DNA from: Candidatus Nomurabacteria bacterium
Lineage (GTDB): Bacteria; Patescibacteriota; Minisyncoccia; Phycocordibacterales; UBA9973
DNA: 39,289 nucleotides
Direction of reading: 5' to 3'
Assembly (NCBI GenBank): GCA_023267315.1
Contig: JAHFNN010000007.1
Coordinates: 1 to 39,289, forward strand
Shown: in pieces, positions 34,997-39,289 of the stretch
Layout: every line of letters begins with the position of its first letter
Numbering within the stretch: the stretch's first letter is position 1
The notes under the pieces: generated by a model
The model's database searches: none
What the model was told of the DNA's origin: nothing
What the model saw: only the letters and a program-made list of their open reading frames with translations
Made by a program: the position numbers and the translations under genes

Positions 34997-35302
34997 ATGA
35001 ATATCAAGAAAGGAGACAACGTAATAGTTATCGCTGGTAAAGACAAAGGCAAGAAGGCTAAGGTATTGGGAGTATTCGCAAGTCAGAACCGCGTATTGGT
35101 TGAAGGCATCAACATGAAGAAGAAACACCAAAAGCCTCGCCGCACCAATGAGAAAGGTCAAACAATCGAAGTCGCAACACCACTCCACATTTCAAACGTT
35201 ATGCTTATTGATTCAAAATCAGGAAAGCAGACACGTGTTGGTTCAAAGATGGCAGGTGGTAAGAAGATTCGAGTTAGTAAGAAGTCAGGAAATGAAATTT
35301 AA
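34997..35302 (+). CDS. rplX: 50S ribosomal protein L24
   Basis: MNIKKGDNVIVIAGKDKGKKAKV (KOW motif). The start at ATG 34997 is internal to the ORF-track start at 34934, which would overlap rplN. Confidence 0.93.
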   Translation: MNIKKGDNVIVIAGKDKGKKAKVLGVFASQNRVLVEGINMKKKHQKPRRTNEKGQTIEVATPLHISNVMLIDSKSGKQTRVGSKMAGGKKIRVSKKSGNEI

Positions 35303-35307
35303 ATCAT

Positions 35308-35856
35308 ATGAGTAAACATCTTACAGTAAAAGAAAAAGAGCAGAAGTCCTACGAATCAATGAAGGGCGTATTCGGCTACAAGAATAAAATGGCTGCTCCA
35401 CGTCTCGTGAAGATTGTGGTTGCATCTGGAACAGGATCAGGACTCAAGCGTGATAAGAATCGAAATGATTTGATCATTGATCGTTTGGGTAAGATCACTG
35501 GTCAGCGTTCAGCTGTGCGTGCTGCAAAGAAATCTATCGCATCATTCAAAATTCGTCAGGGAGATCCTGTCGGCGTGATGGTTACACTTCGTGGTGCACG
35601 TATGTATGGATTCTTGGACAAGCTCATCAATGTATCAATTCCTCGAACAAAAGACTTCCGTGGCGTTGATCGAAAGATAGTAGATAATATCGGTAATCTT
35701 ACGATGAGTATTAAGGAGCACACTATTTTCCCAGAAACGGGGGATGAAGAATTGAAAGACGTGTTCGGAATGGCAGTGACGGTGGTGACGACAGCAAAGA
35801 CTAAACCTGAAGCAATCGCATTTTTTGAGAATCTCGGATTTCCATTTAAGAAATAA
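35308..35856 (+). CDS. rplE: 50S ribosomal protein L5
   Basis: 182 aa. Contains PRLVKIVV..G.G, FKIRQGDPVGV.VTLRG..MY.FLDKLI....PR..DFRG, and the operon position. Confidence 0.96.
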   Translation: MSKHLTVKEKEQKSYESMKGVFGYKNKMAAPRLVKIVVASGTGSGLKRDKNRNDLIIDRLGKITGQRSAVRAAKKSIASFKIRQGDPVGVMVTLRGARMYGFLDKLINVSIPRTKDFRGVDRKIVDNIGNLTMSIKEHTIFPETGDEELKDVFGMAVTVVTTAKTKPEAIAFFENLGFPFKK

Positions 35857-35864
35857 GAAAAAAT

Positions 35865-35900
35865 AAAAAACACCCTGATATACAGGGTGTTTTTTATTTT
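35865..35900 (+). terminator. Intrinsic terminator immediately after rplE
   Basis: aaaaaacaccctg-atata-cagggtgtttttt followed by atttt. Confidence 0.85.
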
Positions 35901-35988
35901 AGTCCTTTTTACTGTTGTGATAATAGCTAAAACTGCTACTATTGATATATAACATTAATAACTCATTGTTGTTACCTTGATTGAATAT

Positions 35989-38900
35989 ATGAAAAAACAC
36001 ATAGTCTCTACTTCAATATTATTTGTGGTGCTTGTTATTCTTATTGTGTTTTTTCATGGTTCGTTCGGGTCATTATGGAAAAATTTGATGGGGGCTGCTC
36101 GTAATGCTTTTTTGAACTCGACAACACCTTCTACTGGGGTAGTTGCGACCTCTCCAAATCAATTTAAAGGTGTATCTGTCTACAGTAATGAATTTTTTAT
36201 AAAATTGAAAAAAAATACAAGTCCAACGTCGACTGATTTTAAAAATATAAATAAAAAATATGGGGTTACGTCATTCACGCAAGCTGTTAAACCACTCGCT
36301 ACTTCTAATTCATCTGCCGATGTATTTTTATGGTATAAGGTGACACTACCATACACAAAAGAAGCACTCACGCTTGATGGATCCAGGAACGATACAAATA
36401 TGACCACACAGGATAAGTTGGGAAAACTGTTCCGTGCCATTGAAGATTATAAAAAATTGAGTGGATTATCAAAGATAGAACCATCTCTGGTGTACTATCA
36501 ATTTAATAGTCCGAATGATTCATACTTTACTTCTTCTGGTAGTTGGGGACAACCGACTGATGATTTATGGAATCTTAAAAAGATAAATATGCCACTTGCG
36601 TGGGATCAAAGTACTGGAGGCAATGTGTTAGTTGCTGATATTGATACTGGACTTGATGGTGCCAATCCTGATATTTCGGGCAATGTGGTTCCTGGATTTG
36701 ATTTTTGTACGAACCTTGCAACGGGAGTGACTACTGATAACGATAAAGTTGGTCATGGTACACACACCGCAGGTATTATTGGTGCAACTGGAAATAATAC
36801 GTTGGGTATTGTTGGGATCAACTGGAAAGTTAAAATTATGCCCCTTGCTATCTTTGATAGCAATAATCACTACTGTTCTGGGGCAGGACCTACGGCTGTG
36901 ATATATGCAGCTGATAATGGCGCAAGGGTTACTAATAATAGTTGGGGAGCAATAAGTTATGATCCGCTTCTTGATGATGCATTTAGGTATGCCTATGATA
37001 AAGGTGTCATTTCTGTTGCTGCTGCGGGAAACAATAATATAGATGCACTTGCGGTATCGCCCGCTTCATTCCCATGGGTTATAACAGTTTCAGCAACTGA
37101 TTATCAGGATCAAAGAGCTTCTTTCTCTAACTGGGGAGCAAAAATTGATGTGGCGGCACCAGGAGTGGACATACTTTCACTACGTGCTTCTATGACTGAT
37201 TTTTATAATGATGGTGGGTCGCACTTTGTGCCACCATACGATTTTTCTACAAATTATATGCGCATGAGTGGTACTTCTATGGCGGCACCTCATGTTACTG
37301 GCCTCGCAGCATTACTCCTTGCAAAGTACCCAACTCTTTCAGTCGAAGGAGTTCGTCAAATAATTCGTACGAACACTCTTGATCTACTTCCGGCTGGCAA
37401 AGATGATTCTTTTGGATATGGACGAATAGATGCTGGAAGTACAATGGTGAATGCCATTACGTTACCACTTGAACCTGTTATTACGAGTCCTAAAAATGAT
37501 AGTGCGGTTGTTTCCGGGAGTGTCCCTATCTTAGGAGGTGTTGTTGGTCCTAATTTTAAATCGTACTCATTAGATTATGGAATAGGGCACTCGCCATCAT
37601 CTTGGAATAATATAGTTACCAGTACAAATCAGATCACGAGTGGTACATTGGGAACTTTTTCTGCAAATACGGTTCCTGATGGTTCGTATACGATACGTCT
37701 CACGGCAACCAACACTTCAGGTAAGACATTTGAATTTGCTGTCTATAATGTCATCGTTAATAATTTTACGATTTCGATCGTTAATCCGGTAGATTATGTT
37801 TCAAAAACTACCGCAATGCCTATTTCAGGAACGGTTAATGCAATCGCTGGTGTCACGCTTCAGTCTTACATCGTTGAATACGCTCCGGGGATCAACCCGA
37901 ATTCTGGGTGGATAACAATCGGTACAAATACAAATACCGTTGTTGATAGAACGCTTGCTTCATGGAATACCTCAGCACTTGCGTTAGGTGCGTATACTAT
38001 TCGGGTTACCGCCACGACTTCAACTGGTGCGGGAGCTACTCAACAATTTCATGTGAATGTTGACCCCGAAATGGTTCCTGGTTGGCCAAAACTTCTTTCA
38101 TATTCATGTAACGTCTGGTATCAGTGTTCTATGATGCCTGCATTTGGTGATCTCTTGGGGAATAAACAGAGAGAATTGGTGACTGCAAGTAAAAATATTC
38201 TTCATGCATATAAAAAAGATGGTAGTGAATTACCTGGCTTTCCCGTTACCCTTTCTTCAGGAGAATATTTCAACCGTGCGATAACATTAGATGATCTTGA
38301 TGGTGATGGTAAAAAAGAAATTATTGTTCCTGTTTGTCCACCAGCATATCCTGACGGTACTGCCGGAGATTGTCATATCAATATTTTCACTTCTTCTGGA
38401 GCAAGTTATCCTGGATGGACTAAACCAAAAGTTCAATTTACGTACTATATTTATCAAGGAGAAGCACTTGGTCCTGCAATCTATGATCTTGATGGTGACG
38501 GCAATAAAGAGATAGTTTTTTATGATCATTATGGTTCTTTGCATGCATATAAACTCAATGGCACAGAAATTTCTGGTTTCCCTGTGGCAACCGCGGCTCT
38601 GTTTGCATTGAAGACATCGCCAGGGGAGACTCCGTATGTATCAATTGCTGATATGGATCAAGATGGTAAACCAGAAATTGCAATGACGGTTTTAAATGGT
38701 GTTGGTGGACAGCTTAGAGTTGCTCTTTTAGATAATAAAGGAGCGGTTGTTCCTGGGTGGCCTGTCTCTATCCCAATAAGCCCAAATGCAAATCCTCCGG
38801 TTCCTTCTTCGGCTCCTACCTTCGCGGATCTTTTGGGTGATAAAAATCTTGAGATAGTTGTACCTATTGGTACGTATAATATGAAAGCAGGTGGTGATTA

Positions 38901-39289
38901 TCCTATCCACGCGTGGGCAAAAGATGGAAGCGAGGTTTCTGGATGGCCGAAGTCGTATCACAGTGATTATTTTGCCGGTGGAATTGCAGGAGGTGTTATC
39001 GCTCCCGTCGCGGCTGATTTAGATTATGATTTTAGAGACAATATTATCTATAACTTGAATGATCACTTCTTTATGTATTCACAATTAGGATCAGTGACGG
39101 ATTTTGCTGATCCATGGATACAAGGAAATCTGACGTCTCGACCGGTTGGTAATGTGAACGGTGATAACCATCTTGATTTTATTGATGCTGCATTGAGTCC
39201 TTGGTTTGGAGGCAAAGGAACAACTGGATTGGGGATTGTTGATGACACTGGAAAGGTTACGTGGCAACGAAGTTTTGATTGCGGAGATC
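35989..39289 (+). CDS. Third giant membrane-anchored subtilisin-like protease (S8) with tandem Ig-like domains and FG-GAP/VCBS-like repeats. It is 3-prime partial (no stop codon in the window) and absent from the ORF track.
   Basis: My own translation from ATG 35989 stays open for 1100 codons to the window end. N-terminal anchor ILFVVLVILIVFF. Triad motifs: VADIDTGLD (Asp 36643..36645), HGTHTAGIIGA (His 36754..36756) and SGTSMAAPHVTG (Ser 37276..37278). Repeats: LDDLDGDGKKEI, YDLDGDGNKEIV, ADMDQDGKPEIA. Confidence 0.85.
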   Translation, partial: MKKHIVSTSILFVVLVILIVFFHGSFGSLWKNLMGAARNAFLNSTTPSTGVVATSPNQFKGVSVYSNEFFIKLKKNTSPTSTDFKNINKKYGVTSFTQAVKPLATSNSSADVFLWYKVTLPYTKEALTLDGSRNDTNMTTQDKLGKLFRAIEDYKKLSGLSKIEPSLVYYQFNSPNDSYFTSSGSWGQPTDDLWNLKKINMPLAWDQSTGGNVLVADIDTGLDGANPDISGNVVPGFDFCTNLATGVTTDNDKVGHGTHTAGIIGATGNNTLGIVGINWKVKIMPLAIFDSNNHYCSGAGPTAVIYAADNGARVTNNSWGAISYDPLLDDAFRYAYDKGVISVAAAGNNNIDALAVSPASFPWVITVSATDYQDQRASFSNWGAKIDVAAPGVDILSLRASMTDFYNDGGSHFVPPYDFSTNYMRMSGTSMAAPHVTGLAALLLAKYPTLSVEGVRQIIRTNTLDLLPAGKDDSFGYGRIDAGSTMVNAITLPLEPVITSPKNDSAVVSGSVPILGGVVGPNFKSYSLDYGIGHSPSSWNNIVTSTNQITSGTLGTFSANTVPDGSYTIRLTATNTSGKTFEFAVYNVIVNNFTISIVNPVDYVSKTTAMPISGTVNAIAGVTLQSYIVEYAPGINPNSGWITIGTNTNTVVDRTLASWNTSALALGAYTIRVTATTSTGAGATQQFHVNVDPEMVPGWPKLLSYSCNVWYQCSMMPAFGDLLGNKQRELVTASKNILHAYKKDGSELPGFPVTLSSGEYFNRAITLDDLDGDGKKEIIVPVCPPAYPDGTAGDCHINIFTSSGASYPGWTKPKVQFTYYIYQGEALGPAIYDLDGDGNKEIVFYDHYGSLHAYKLNGTEISGFPVATAALFALKTSPGETPYVSIADMDQDGKPEIAMTVLNGVGGQLRVALLDNKGAVVPGWPVSIPISPNANPPVPSSAPTFADLLGDKNLEIVVPIGTYNMKAGGDYPIHAWAKDGSEVSGWPKSYHSDYFAGGIAGGVIAPVAADLDYDFRDNIIYNLNDHFFMYSQLGSVTDFADPWIQGNLTSRPVGNVNGDNHLDFIDAALSPWFGGKGTTGLGIVDDTGKVTWQRSFDCGD

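Noticed and set aside
36180-39248. The short minus-strand and + strand ORFs listed by the track in the last 3 kb (36180..36440, 36628..36870, 38287..38544, 38291..38515, 38728..38961, 39063..39248).
   Set aside because: All overlap the long open + strand frame starting at 35989, which has a complete S8 catalytic triad. The track omits that frame only because it has no stop codon in the window.
1-39289. CRISPR arrays, diversity-generating retroelements, toxin-antitoxin pairs and restriction-modification or other defence systems.
   Set aside because: There are no regularly spaced direct repeats, no reverse transcriptase, no template/variable repeat pair near the lectin-like C-termini, and no small overlapping gene pairs typical of TA modules.

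Overview
This is an AT-rich bacterial chromosome segment. It uses standard stop codons (TAA, TAG and TGA all terminate ORFs) and shows essentially no Shine-Dalgarno sequences. By inference, the style resembles a reduced-genome CPR/Patescibacteria-type organism. The backbone is the str/S10/spc ribosomal-protein superoperon on the + strand in canonical order: rpsL-rpsG, fusA, tuf-rpsJ-rplC-rplD-rplW-rplB, rpsS-rplV-rpsC-rplP-rpmC-rpsQ-rplN-rplX-rplE. It is cut at four junctions (S7|EF-G, EF-G|EF-Tu, L2|S19, L5|...). Every cut begins with a strong intrinsic terminator, followed by a gene for a membrane-anchored modular exoprotein. These are two small Ig-like proteins (267 and 270 aa), a ~2005-aa subtilase, a 1251-aa metzincin-type zinc protease, and a third subtilase of more than 1100 aa with FG-GAP-like repeats. 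The third subtilase runs off the right edge and is missing from the supplied ORF track. These exoproteins share domain cassettes: Fn3, Ig-like, PKD-like, and a C-terminal lectin/LamG-like module. The larger gaps also carry purD/purN, pyrF/pyrE/pyrC-like, dgkA-like, small Cys/His-rich membrane peptides and orphan genes. Two near-identical TTGACA-16-TGcTAGTAT promoters restart the ribosomal blocks at tuf and rpsS. An 84-nt nested hairpin lies just upstream of the tuf promoter. The left end carries a stand-alone ComEC-type MBL protein, two tandem paralogous surface proteins, rpmB and an M50 protease. I found no CRISPR array, tRNA, rRNA, transposase or integrase.
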